DNA of 64,000 nt, from assembly GCA_030390025.1 (NCBI GenBank), contig JASTWF010000031.1:3596001-3660000 (forward strand). Reading direction: 5' to 3'. This document shows positions 11,031-22,864 of this stretch, one piece after another (position 1 is the first letter of the stretch; each line of letters starts with the position of its first letter). The position numbers and the translations under genes were made by a program. Below the pieces are notes generated by a model, which was given only the letters and a program-made list of their open reading frames with translations, was not told where the DNA came from and did no database searches. The stretch comes from Squalus acanthias (taxonomy: Eukaryota).

Positions 11031-13516
11031 CCTCATAGGCCCATGTCTATCCTTCCTTTTCCCCCTTCTCACTTTTTATCTTCATGCTGAACAGATAAAG
11101 TTTGATTGATCAATTATACAATGAATGTACCATGTTGAAGGCTGGATTCCAGCTATAATGTCTAAAGCAAGTCGCATTTATAGAAGACTGAGATGTCTGT
11201 TGTGCCATTTCCTTTTGTCAAGACATTAAGCGAAGGGACGTCCCATCTAATTCTTCCTCCTCTGTGAATTTAGATGTTATTAATGGCTCAGTGGCAATAT
11301 TCATAGGCATCACAGTGTACAATCGCAAGAGCAACATCCACATATCTTTGACCGCTTTATAATTTTATGTGGATGGCATCCCGATCAATGTTTTCAGAGT
11401 GCTGAAGATGCAACTCTAGTACAACTGCCAGGTGTGCTGCTAAATCATTGGTATGTTCATACAGTCATTGTTAAAGAATGATATGTGATTGACCTGAAAA
11501 TCCTCATTAGATCTACAATAGCATTGTGTGCAAAGTCAATACATTACATTTGAAAAGATTTAGTTGATATGTTAAGTATGTGGATAAATGGTAATATAAA
11601 GTACATACTGACAGTAGGTACCTACACTGATTGAGTAATGATTCCACAGAATTTGCAGTTCAATACTTTTTGTAAGGCATTTGTTAAAGGGGATATTTTC
11701 TGTTAGTTTTCCGTCTGGTTTGAGTACTGTTTCTTTCACTGATATGTTTGTACATCAGCGTATTTGTACTTCTGGATGTAACATTGAAAGAGATTATTAT
11801 GCAATCGTCTAGGGGTTTTAAGCTATGTTTAACAAAGCTAGCTGAGGCTGTGACCAAGCTTTTACTCTCTGACACGTCTACTCTAAGGACCACCTAGTGT
11901 TATTTATAGTGGTGCCAATAAAACATAACCACAGGCACACAATTGGGACATGAATACACCTATGGGTCTTGATGTGCTTGTGTATCTTTCTGCATTGTCC
12001 AGGTTTGGCTTCATACTTATTGTGCCCTTTGATGAGGAGGCTTCAATATTTAAACTAATTTTGCGCATACTTTGGCTGAAATCGTACTTATTATTGAAAT
12101 CTTTGTATAAGACAGAGTACATCACAATAAGGACCTGTGATCCATCAGATAGGGTAAAAAAAAGGTTTAATTTCTAATTAGGAAATGGGTGGACTCTTAC
12201 TTTGATGTAGAAAAAACAATTTGTGCTACATCTATTTTTTTTCTAACTTCAGCCCCATTACCAGCACACACACTTTAGATTTAGGTTATCATGGATCTAA
12301 ACTGCGCCACTTATGTCTACGCATGTACTTGTGTAAATCTGTGTGCATGGGAACAGCATGCAAATGATGGAAGTTTCGTTTGCCCATTTTCTCCCATTGC
12401 TTCTCTCGTTGACTCTTTGCTGGGGTATGATTCCACTGGCTTAAAGAAGGTATGGATAGTATGTCTATCACTCTCCAGCATCTTCTCCAATGGCCATTAT
12501 TCATGTGCGAGTCTTGACGTTAAGGGGGTAACGTTCAACAATGGAAAGGAAAATTAGATGGTTTCTATAACGTGTGCCCAACCCGCACTGCCAATAACAT
12601 GCACCAGCAATAAGTTGAAATTACCCTCCGAGTGTCTGCAGGCTATTTGTTCCCTGGCCAATGATTAATATTGTCCTATGGAAAACCTTTCTTACTTTTT
12701 CTATTAAACCTGGAGGGAGCTGAGATTTACTGTTAAGTCATTTTGACTTTTCTGAGAACATGGGTACTCATGGGCCACAGAATTAGTATTGTCTAATTCC
12801 ATTAAAAATAAGGTTACACATGTTAGCACAATTTAAAACCTGAAATCGCATTTGTTGTTTTGGTGAGCACCATAAAAAATATCCAGTCATCTTGTTTCAA
12901 TAATATTTCAACTTAATATGACTTTTTCTCTTTTTTTTAGTGGCTAACTATTAAATAGATTTGCCAGAATTATTGATTTGGGCATCTAGATGTTAAAGTA
13001 CTAAACTAGTTCGCAAACTAGCTAAGACTATATTAGTTGTAGATTGATCATTTTTCATTGACTTTTCCTTTGCACTGTAATGGATTGTTTCAATCTGTTT
13101 ATTTTTGAATATGAGTAGATCACCAACCGTTCCCTAGGTGAGAGAGCAGACAAGTGGCCTTTTTACAGCCTCTGTCAAAGTCATTCCTGAGCTGGTCACT
13201 GAGTGCATGAATAACCTGGGACCGCATATCCCTCTGATTTTCATTCTATCTTTGGTTTCTTTGCCTTGATTGGCAAGAAGTCTGACAAAATAAAATGTGT
13301 GACCTGGAAGGTCTTGCAGCTGATAAATTGGACATCATGAGCATCATAGAGACATGGTGGAATGATTCCAATCAATGGGATACATATCTGGAAGGAAGTA
13401 AATTGTTTAGAAGAGCCTGTATTGGGAGTAAAGAAGGGCGGTGTAGACCGATATATAAACTCCAGTATTAAAGCACAAATGAGAGAGGACATAAAATAGG
13501 AAAGGGCAGACACAGT

Positions 13517-14412
13517 GGCCGGAACTTTCCCCTAAAAAATGGGTGGGTTTGGAGCGAGGGGCCAGTTAAATTGTTAAAATTGGGATTCCCAACCTGATCC
13601 GCCTCCAACCCTCTCTCTTCCGGTTTTAATGGAGGTGGGATGGGGGGTGGAGCGGGTGACCAATTCGCTCCCAGGGGGCGCTACGTTAATTTAAATATTA
13701 TAATGAGCCTGGAAGCCTCTTTTTTTCACCTCCATTTTGAATTTAACTGCCTGTGGATGGGTTTCACACAATTCGTGAAACCCGGTAGTTAAGCCGAGGT
13801 GGGAACTGCTGCATCCAGGAGGTAAGTGGCTTTATACCTACCTCCTGGATCCAGGGTCCCTGCCTAACTGAATCCCTGCGATTGGAGACCCCACCACGAG
13901 GCCTCTGATCACCTCCCCAGGCCTCCGATCCCCACCATGAGGCCTTCCTCCCCCACAATCTTCGGTGGCTGGCCCCGATCCTCTCCCTCCCCCTGCCGAT
14001 TCTCTGGCTGAACCCACGTCGACCCCCCAATCATCCGGCCGACCCCCCCGATCCCTGGCAGATTCCAATCCCAATCCTCCCCCCCTGCTGATCCCAACCC
14101 CCCCTCCCCGCTGATACCCAATCCTCCCTCCCCGCCAAGCCCCTGCTGATCCCCGATACCCCCCACCGCCCCCCACGATACCCGACAAAGCCCCCACCGA
14201 TCGCCGATACCCCCCCACCCCCCACGATCCGCGACCAAGCCTCTGCCGATCAGCCCCCCATCCTTCCCCTGGACCGACCCCTTGCTCCCTCTCTGCATCT
14301 GCAGGCCTACCTGCCTGCAGCCAGCCAGCCAGCCAGCATCTCAGGCAGGGCCTGTGGGGAACCCGGCCTCCCGGGTTTCCCGCCTGCCTCAGAGGAGCCT
14401 CCCCCCCCCCAC
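13517..14412. mobile_element. Non-autonomous DNA element with internal C-rich CCGATC-type minisatellite
   Basis: Abrupt GC shift within the CR1. 13880-14290 is an array of CCCCGAT(C/A) units. Right end unclear. Confidence 0.55.
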
Positions 14413-14575
14413 CACTTCTTTGGGATGGTAACAGAGGTAAACTATTATTGGGGTATATTATGGACCCCCAGGCTAGGGTGATAGCCTTGGTTTGGAACCG
14501 TGGGATGAGATAATGAAGACAATTAGTAAGGGACTAACTGACTTACCTTATATTGATTAGAGCAATAATATTAAT

Positions 14576-15356
14576 GGGCCAGATTTTGCGGTGAGCAGCA
14601 AACAAATGGTAGCCGCTCATTACACTTTTACTATGGGCTTTTGCACTGGAGGTTCCTGTCAGCCAACTATCCAAAAAGCGCATCACCCTCTACAGGGCAT
14701 CTGGGACCTGTGTGAACAGGGCAAGTAACTGTGTATCTCCCTAACCAGTCAGATTGAATCGTTAATGAACAGCACAAAGTCTGAACCAGCAAGTATCAGT
14801 TAGAATATTGAATTCAATGTCAAATCAGGTACAGAAAGTGAAATAAAGAGAGGGAAAGAAAGACTGGATTAAGAGAGAGAGAAAAAAGAGACAGAAAGAA
14901 AAAGTTTAAAAAATGTTATTTACATTTTTTAATGTTTTTAAATCTCCAACACGAATTAAAATCTGAAGGAATGAGACTCCACACTTGTTAAAGTTAATTT
15001 TCAATGCCAGCGAGGTTGTTTGGCAATAATTAAGACTTATCACGCCGTTAAAAATTCACTTGCACTGGAATGGACAAGCCCTAACTTTTTCTGGTGAATT
15101 TAATTTGTAGTTATCAGGTAAGTATGGCAACTTCACGCTGTCCAATGTATTTGAATGGTGAGTCTCTCAGCGAGATACCGTTATCGCACAGCATTTGGAG
15201 GACCAGGGCACCTCAGACAGCAACTTCCTGATTTCTGCGTTTAACTGCACCTGTGTAGTCGCTGGAAGTTGCTGTCTGATTTCCACGTGTTATCATTGAT
15301 AGCCTTACTGTTAGCACTGATAGCCTTACTGTTATTTCTACTGCAAAATCTGTCCC
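14576..15356. mobile_element. Harbinger-like MITE
   Basis: TIRs GGGCCAGATTTTGC / GCAAAATCTGTCCC, TSD AAT. Confidence 0.85.
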
Positions 15357-16559
15357 AATGTCTGTACTGGTAGGGCAAGGAAGGTATTTTTAGAGTTAAT
15401 GGGAGAATGTTTTGTGACTCAGTTTGTGAAAGAGCCAACTATGGAAGAAAACATTTTGTATTTGACAATGAGTAATAGGATGATCAAATCCCCAACACAA
15501 AAATGGGTGAGGTTTTAAGTATCAGTGATCATAATGTGATCACATTTGATGTCACTAAGGCCTTTGATACATTTCCTCTGGAAAGGCTGGTACTGAAAAT
15601 AAAGAAAGCAGAAATCAGTGTAGCTAAATTTGCAAATGATACAAAGCCACTGAAGGTGGTAGACAACAGTGAACAGGATAAGCTATGAGGATTTAAATAT
15701 ACTTGAAATATACAAGTGACTTTGGACCTATGGTTCTCAAAGCTTTCCACCACTTGGTGTTTTCCTCGGCTCATGTCTGGGTCTGTTGTCGATTCATTGA
15801 TAGAGATTGATTGCAATGGTTAGTCAACAACTCCACTATCATTATATCATGTGACTACCGGGATGGTAGAAGGCAAACTAGATGGACAGTAGTCTTTTTC
15901 CGTCTAGCAATTCCTATGTTTTTAACTCAGGAGTTCTCCCAGTGCCCAGGGCAGCTCTGTGACACAGGGAATTGTTACACCAACCCTGTCACTCATTGCC
16001 ACATTGGATTTTCAGTTATGTCATTATATTTTGAAGTTAACCAAATGAACATGTCAATACAGTGTCCTTGTTCTTATCTCCATTGCTAATGGAACATCTG
16101 TCATGGCACAAAGACTGCGTGCGCAAGACTGCATGCTCTTCAGTGTGATGTGTAAAATATTCCACAATAGACTGGGTTTCATAGCCCATGCATGATGAGA
16201 TTGTAAGCAGGCCAGTAGTTCAGTTCACAAGACAGTTGCTGAGGAAAATGCTGCCTGACCTGCTGAGTGTTCCCAGCATTTTCTGTTGTTAGTTCAGTTC
16301 ACAACGTGGGTATATTCATACACTGACTGTTCTGTATTTTGTTTACTCCAGAATATATTGATACATGGGACCATTTATTAAAAGTTCTTGCACTACGTTT
16401 TGGTGGGTACTCACTTCTGTGGAGATGCAGCAGCACCAAGGAATGCAATTAGAGACCTGTCAATGTTATGGGACAAGTAACCTGCCATCATATTTAGTGT
16501 TTGCCAAAGGCTTGAGGGGGTCTTTCCACTTATATACTACACATATTTTAGAATGGGTA

Positions 16560-16950
16560 CTACAGAGACTGGAGGACATAATCTAGGCTGGCATCTCAGT
16601 GAAATACTGAGGGAGTGCTGCACTGTTGGAGGTGCCGTCTTTCTGATGAGAGGTCAAACCGAGGCCCCTTTTCAAAAATCCCACGGCACCGTTCAAAGAA
16701 GAGCAGGGGAGTTCTCCCAGTGCCCAGGCCAAAATTTATCCCTCAGCCAACACCTAAAAACAGCTGATCTGGTCATTTATTTCATTGCTACATGTGGGAC
16801 CTTGTTATTGCCAAATTGGCTGCCACTTTTTCTACATTTCAACAGTGACTACACTTCAAAAAGTACTTAACCGGCTGTAAAGCGCTTTGGGGCGTTCAGA
16901 GTTCTGGAAATGCACTATGTAAATGCAAGTTCTTTTTTCCTTCTTTCTTT
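16560..16950 (+). mobile_element. Deu-domain SINE copy
   Basis: Reverse-complement homolog of 10581-11030; tail GCACTATGTAAATGCAAGTTCTT. Confidence 0.8.
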
Positions 16951-17026
16951 ATATACACATATAGTATATAAAAAACAGGGAAGGTAAAATTTTCAAGAAT
17001 CCAGCAGTTAAAGGGTTAAGCTATTG

Positions 17027-17291
17027 CACCTGTTATTGTACACCTGTCTGACTCACCTGCAGGCGTACCTGTATCTGAGGAGACCAATCAGAAAAAGGGC
17101 AGGAGAATCTACCTGTCAGCAAAATTCCTGCAGTGAACCTTAAGGGAAATAAATAGAGATCCATCACTGACGCGGTTTACTTTTAACTAGAAATATCACA
17201 CAAAACCACCTGGATGTTTTTGACCTGAGAGAGTAAGAGCAGCTGTTATAAAAATACATCACTTGTGAAGGTTACTGTGCACAGACAGACT
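17027..17291 (+). promoter_or_regulatory. Putative grhl3 proximal promoter / 5'UTR
   Basis: CACCTG E-boxes at 17027, 17041, 17054 and 17207; AP-1 TGACTCA 17049-17055; CCAATCAG 17084; TATAAAAA 17247-17254. All lie just upstream of the exon 1 ATG. Confidence 0.55.
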
Positions 17292-17308
17292 ATGTCCAAA
17301 GAGCTTGG
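17292..17308 (+). CDS. grhl3: grainyhead-like 3, coding exon 1 (MSKEL+G)
   Basis: ATG TCC AAA GAG CTT GG|GTAAGT. Perfect donor; 17 nt, phase 2; resembles the mammalian GRHL3 start MSNELD. Joins exon 2 in frame. Confidence 0.8.
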
Positions 17309-20209
17309 GTAAGTGAATGCTCTGGCAGAGACAAGTCTCAGTAGTTGTTATAACTTTATTTTACGCTATTACTTTTTTCATGGATAGGGAACACACGCGC
17401 CAGTTTAAACCATGTTATTACTCTGCTGTGTTTACTGAAAGGACGAGTGTTGTTTCTGTGTCAAGTTTCTGCTGCAGTGTGATTTTTTTTTGCTATGTGT
17501 GTTTGCATATTTCAAGAGGAAGAAGTGAACATCAGTTGAGATTTCCACTACTGCTTTGCTCCTCAGAGTATCAGCTTCCTCCTTTGCCATTGTAAGAAAC
17601 CTGAACAATATAATTAAAGTTTAAATCTGGCCACGTGATGGCATCAGAGCATCCTGTAGCCATGGTTTCAGCAACTGTTCAGTTCTATCTTAGCAATAGT
17701 TAGTGATTGGAATTGAAATGTCAAAAAGGAGAAGTCGTAAGTAAATTAGTCAAGTTTATACTTGATTCTGTGTATATTCCGTGGGTGTGAATGATGCGTT
17801 TTACTATCCAGCGACCGATCATTCATGACCTGACTTGATAATCATGTTCCTGAATGCACTTCAAAATTGGAAAATAATTTTTTTTCTTCTGCTCTCCCGT
17901 GTCTAGTGGCAAATGAGGCCACTACTTTACATCCAGCAGACTGTGCTCTGGGTTGTTTCCATAACCAAATCCCTTCTTACATGGGATGTAGCCTGATTCA
18001 CAATCCCTACCAGGACAACCAGCTAGATGCAATAGGGGTCCATCACCAACGTCCAGGGAACCCACGCAGCCGGCTTGCTGGCGTTTCAATGTAAAAACCG
18101 CCATTGTGGCCTGCGCGGCGCCAAACAAAATTACAGGGAACATTGGTCGTCACCCCACTCCTATCGGACGCAAGTACCCCGCTGGACATCAACCTAGTAT
18201 TCAGAGACCAGAACTCTCACCTCTGCTCACCAGAACTGCAAAGGGATTACTATCCATTAAAAAGATAAACAAATGGTCCACTATTTAGCTTCACAAAAGC
18301 TGTTTGTAACTGTCTCGCGGTACGTGTTAGATATTCACAAAAATGTAATCAAATGTATTTAATTTAGAATAGGTATTCGACAATGCCGCACATCTGAACA
18401 GTCATTGCAAGCCGTAAGACTGAAGTCTCCTCGTAGTGTCTGTGTGCTGGATGTGGATTATTGCACTTTCATTTTACAACCTAGCAGCACGCCAAAATAA
18501 ATAGACAAATAAAGGAAGAGCTGCGGACAAAGCAGAGCTGTAAAACTTTAGAAAATAAATTCACCTAATGATACAGCACGTAGTGAACAGTAGATAGAAC
18601 CAACCCGATGTGAAAGACAAACACTGCAGAATTCTGTAACATCCCTAAAAGCAATTACCGATTTAAAGAGTAGGGATGAACATCCGCTGATTGCTTCATT
18701 GAGGCTCAATGTTTAATTTCGGAGCAATTGTGAATCTGAACTAATTGTGTATTTTCCAACTCCCGCTGGTTTGGGTTTGCTATTCAGTGATGGGAAAATA
18801 GCAGGGACATGGACTAAAGCTGCCATTGAGACATTGCTGATCAAAGTAGATGTTAGTTGTTGACAGGCGAGTGGGCCTTTAAGGCGTTTGTTTTAGTTGG
18901 CACTGAATGTTCGAACAGCAGTGTTTTGTGTCTTTTGGTAAAACAGTGTTTTTAATGTACGAGGCCTCCTCCATCATGCTGCCCGGGAGTGGCACAAAAA
19001 GAATGAAGATATGTGTCAGATAACCAAGGAGGCCACTAGAGATGCTTTGTGTGGCTTCTTTACTGGAGAGTGAGTTGTGAGCAGGTATATCAGATCATAT
19101 TGAGGGGTGGTGTATATGCAATACTATGGCAATGCAGATACAGAAAACATTGTACTGGACTATCCTTCTACTGGTCACGTGCTGTTTTATACAATTGTGT
19201 CTGTTAGAAAAGCTTTTTAATACTAATTTATATCACTGCACTTTACAGCAAAATAGATAGCCTTGACTTTAAAACACTGCAGTTAAGTTTGCCCATTTCA
19301 AATTCCCATTTCTTCATCCCTTGTCTGAGCCATGTTAAGCTCTGTAACTGTTATCAGCACATCCTCACTCGCTGCTATGTTGTCGCACTTCAGCAAAGAC
19401 TAATTCTGAATCATTGCATCACTTAAGTTACTCTGGTTTCAATTAATCCAACCGATTGGTATGTGAAGAACCTCACCGAAGTGACAGAGATGTTTAACTT
19501 TGGAGTGAGGCAGATGTGTTTGCTGCCAGCTGTGCATGGGCAAGACTCGTTGGTAACGTCAATAGGACCAAACCTGGCATGGTCAATTAAAAAGTCCTTA
19601 GTTTGAGTAAATGATGTGGACAGACAATTCAGAATTGTAAGTGCAAGTCCCTTTATTTGTTTACCTGGTAAGTGCATAGTTTTGTTAAAAAGCAGAATTT
19701 ATCTCTCCCACATTTCCCTGTGCGAGCTTCCGTGCTGCCAAGGGTACAATGATCAGGAGGATTTTCTGTTGGGTATTTGGTTGTGCCATCTGCTCTTCCC
19801 CATTGTAAATGTGGAAGTGCTAATCACTTAATTGCCTCGCTGTCTGGCAGAATACAACCGTTCTGCTCTTTAAACTGGTCCCAGCCTCATTATCATAAAT
19901 GCAACCTGGCTGGTAAAACTGTGCCTTTAAGTAAATGGGGTGGTGGGGCAGGGGAGTGGGGGGGAGGTGGGGAGAGACATTTAACAGGTGTAGACAGTAT
20001 AAGTAGTTTGTAAATCAGAAATCATGCAATTCTTTCTATACATATCAGATATACAGTGATGAGAAAATAGTTAAATTGCTTTGAGATCTATTTCACACAA
20101 ATGGGCTCTGCCATATAAGTGTTTGATTCTCAAACAAATTTATGCAGCACATTGGTACAGGTAATGTAATGCGATGCTAAACTGCCGTTCTGGTAAGATT
20201 ATTCTTATT

Positions 20210-20974
20210 GGGCCAGAAATTCGGCTCTCCTGCTTCCCGCGGGTGCAAGGATCGCGCGCGTACTTACCTACCGCGCCTGCCGTTGTGCTTCGGGCCCGCG
20301 TGGACTTCGGCTCCTGGGCCTCCTGCAGCTGCCGGCGCGCAGTGCTTGCGTATCCCAGGGGCGCAGTTAGTTCGAAGCGTCCCCTGGGACCACGTGGGCT
20401 ATGGAGAGCCAATCGGAGCAGGGAATCTCTATTCATAGATTTTGACAGGAAGACCTGTCAAATCTATGAATAGAGATCGGCCCCAAAACCTCACTTAAAC
20501 TTCAAATAAATTTTTAAAAAACATCACATTTTTAAAATAACTATAAATTACATAAATTAACTACTTTAAACAAAAATTTAAATTTTTGAAAAAATTAATT
20601 ACACTTTTTAACGGTGCTAAAAATAAACTTACCTTTCTTTAAAGTATGTAAAAAAGATAAACCTGTTGAAAAAATGTTTAAATTATACTTAATTCACCAC
20701 TTACCTTGTTAAAAGCAGGCCTTGCTCCTCCTTTTTTCCCTGCGCAGCTTCTCCATACTTACCCTCACGGAGAAACCTGAAAAAAAAACGAAGTTCGCTG
20801 CGTGCGCGCTGCCTCTCCGGCGCACGCGGTTGACCCGCGAACCCCTTCTTTCACGAAACTGGAAGTTCCGGTTTCCCGTGCATGCGCAGTGCATGCGCGA
20901 AACTGGCACTTCTGGTGGCCCTACAGGTGAGTACACAGCGCGTACTCACCTGTGGAGACCCGAATTTCTGCCCC
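20210..20974. mobile_element. Harbinger-like MITE
   Basis: TIRs GGGCCAGAAATTCGG / CCGAATTTCTGCCCC, TSD ATT/AAT. CpG-rich arms and AT-rich core. Confidence 0.8.
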
Positions 20975-21351
20975 AATAAAGCTTCAGTGCAGTCCAGAAC
21001 AAACTCCAGCTTTTGTCCTGTCACTTGTCAAATTACTGAACTCAAAATGACCAATATTCAAATGATGAAAGCTTTGACATGCACAAGGTACCTTTTTGAT
21101 GAGGGTAACACTCCAAAGGGGTAAAAGGGCAGGTAATGAGCTTCTGGGCATCCACCAATGCTGCTCTGAAACTATTTGTAAGAATGTGCGCAGGAGAGGC
21201 TCAGGGAACATATTGCATGGACTTATACTGAGGGACTGCTGCATTGTCAGAGGAGCCGGTGGGGGGGGGGGGGGGGGGGAAACTAGTCTTCATCTGTAGC
21301 TAAGGAAGGGTTCCTGATGCTGATCGCTGTTCAGTGACTCTTGCTGGAATA

Positions 21352-22150
21352 TAAGTGAGAAGTCGCACAACACCAGGTTATAGTCCAACAGATTTATTTA
21401 AAATTACAAGCTTTCGTAGCTGTCGCTCCTTCCTCAGGTAGAGTAGCTGTGAGAGAATCTCCCAGAATTCACAATATAAACACAGAAAAAATGTATTCAA
21501 ATCTTTCCCTACATCAAAGACACACTAAGAGCACAGCCAAGACAATGAGATGTGTCCCAGGGGGTCCAACGTGTCAAAACACCTGCTGGCTGCATATCCT
21601 CTGCAGTTGACTTTGGTTCTTGTGTTAGTTTTTTTTAAAAAAAAGGCTGTATCGTGACATGAACCCGATATCGCGATTGAGGCCATCCTCATGAGTGCGG
21701 AACATCTCCACATCATGGAATATAAGTGCATGTGAACATCTGAGAGGACGGAATTAGCCACATGGTCAAACTGGCTGTGACACTCAGGCGCCAGAATACT
21801 TGAAGCTTCTACTAGTCTGCCCCGACCTTGAATCATCCCAAATCTCAGGATCGAGGTTATTTGCCTGTAGGGAGCAGACGCTCGCACCATTTCTGGTGTT
21901 CCGAGTGTCCAACCTGCGGAGCGCCAGGAATCTGTCAGTGGAACCTTGACACTCCATTGTGGTTGGAAGGCAGTGGCTGGTGGGCTGTTCTGGTCAAAGA
22001 ACTTCCAAAAAGTCACAATATTATAGCTCTCAATGCGTAACCAGCATTTTCAGCTTTTTGAGGCCCCATTTCTGACAGATCTTGTCCTGGCACACAAGTA
22101 TACCTGCATCATGTAGGTGTGCTTTGCATTGGTAACACTGGAAGTCAAAC
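21352..22150 (-). mobile_element. Penelope-like element 3' remnant (GIY-YIG C-terminus plus pLTR with hammerhead core)
   Basis: 21705-21649 encodes MFRTHEDGLNRDIGFMSRY (Penelope GLN motif). Downstream is CTGAGGA-stem-GAAAGCTTGTA...AATAAA. The 5' limit is approximate. Confidence 0.7.
21403..21442 (-). ncRNA. Minimal type I hammerhead ribozyme motif
   Basis: CUGAGGA AGGAGCGACAGCUAC GAAA GCUU GUA: conserved core boxes, stem II and palindromic AAGCUU. Confidence 0.6.
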
Positions 22151-22646
22151 TGGTGGGATTTATGATGGATACCGTTATCCCGCTTGTCCCGCCTTTTCTA
22201 ATGACATCTATATAGAGGGGGGAAATACGCAAGACGGCGGAATTTCACAATGAAGAAAAAATGAGCAGAGACCTGGTGGAACTGGGTCCCACCTCAAATC
22301 CAAGCCCACTCTACCTGTTTACACTGCCTTGGCGCCCTGCTAGGGCCAGGGATTTTGCGGCCCTCGAGGGTCTATCCTAACGCATGAAGAATGGCCACTT
22401 GGATTTGGTATCAGAGGACAGCCTTACCCTGGAGCTGTGCTCCAGCATGAGACAGCAGCTTCAGGAAAGAAAGAAGAAAGAACTTGCATTTTTATAGCGC
22501 CTTTCACAACATCTGGACATCCCAAATCGCTTTACAGCCAATGAAGTACTTTAGAAGTGTAGTTACTGTTGTAAAACTGGAGTTGGAGGGGAGAAATGAC
22601 AAAATATTTCTTGTATCCTGATTAAAAAGAAGCTGGCAGCATTAAT

Positions 22647-22864
22647 AACAACAGAAAACGCTGGAAAAACTCAGCAGGCCAGGCAGCATCCGTGGAGAGA
22701 GAAACAGAGTTAACTTTTCAGGTCGAAGACCTCGACGAAAGGTCTTCGACCTGAAACATTAAGTCTGTTTCTCTCTCCACGGATGCTGCCTGGCCTGCTG
22801 AGTTTTTCCAGCGTTTTCTGTTGTTATTTCGGATTTCCAGCATCCGCAGTAGTTTGCTATCGTC
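22647..22864 (+). mobile_element. Palindromic Penelope-derived insertion (inverted pLTR)
   Basis: About 89-bp inverted arms (22644-22732 / 22740-22828), 7-nt loop, 14-bp TSD CTGGCAGCATTAAT (22633-22646, 22865-22878). Confidence 0.8.

Larger units (their letters stand above)
13290..15720 (+). mobile_element. Old fragmented CR1 LINE split by two DNA-element insertions
   Basis: Endonuclease-like pieces (IETW, KKGGV, FVTQFVKEPT, GEVLSISDHNVITF) and RT pieces (TKAFDT, VAKFANDTK) are colinear across the insertions. Confidence 0.6.

Noticed and set aside
11684-12177. Overlapping 69-75 aa ORFs in an AT-rich stretch
   Set aside because: No recognisable domain or splice framework; consistent with chance ORFs.
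13764-14298. Gly-rich ORFs on the minus strand
   Set aside because: Artefact of the C-rich minisatellite inside a repeat.
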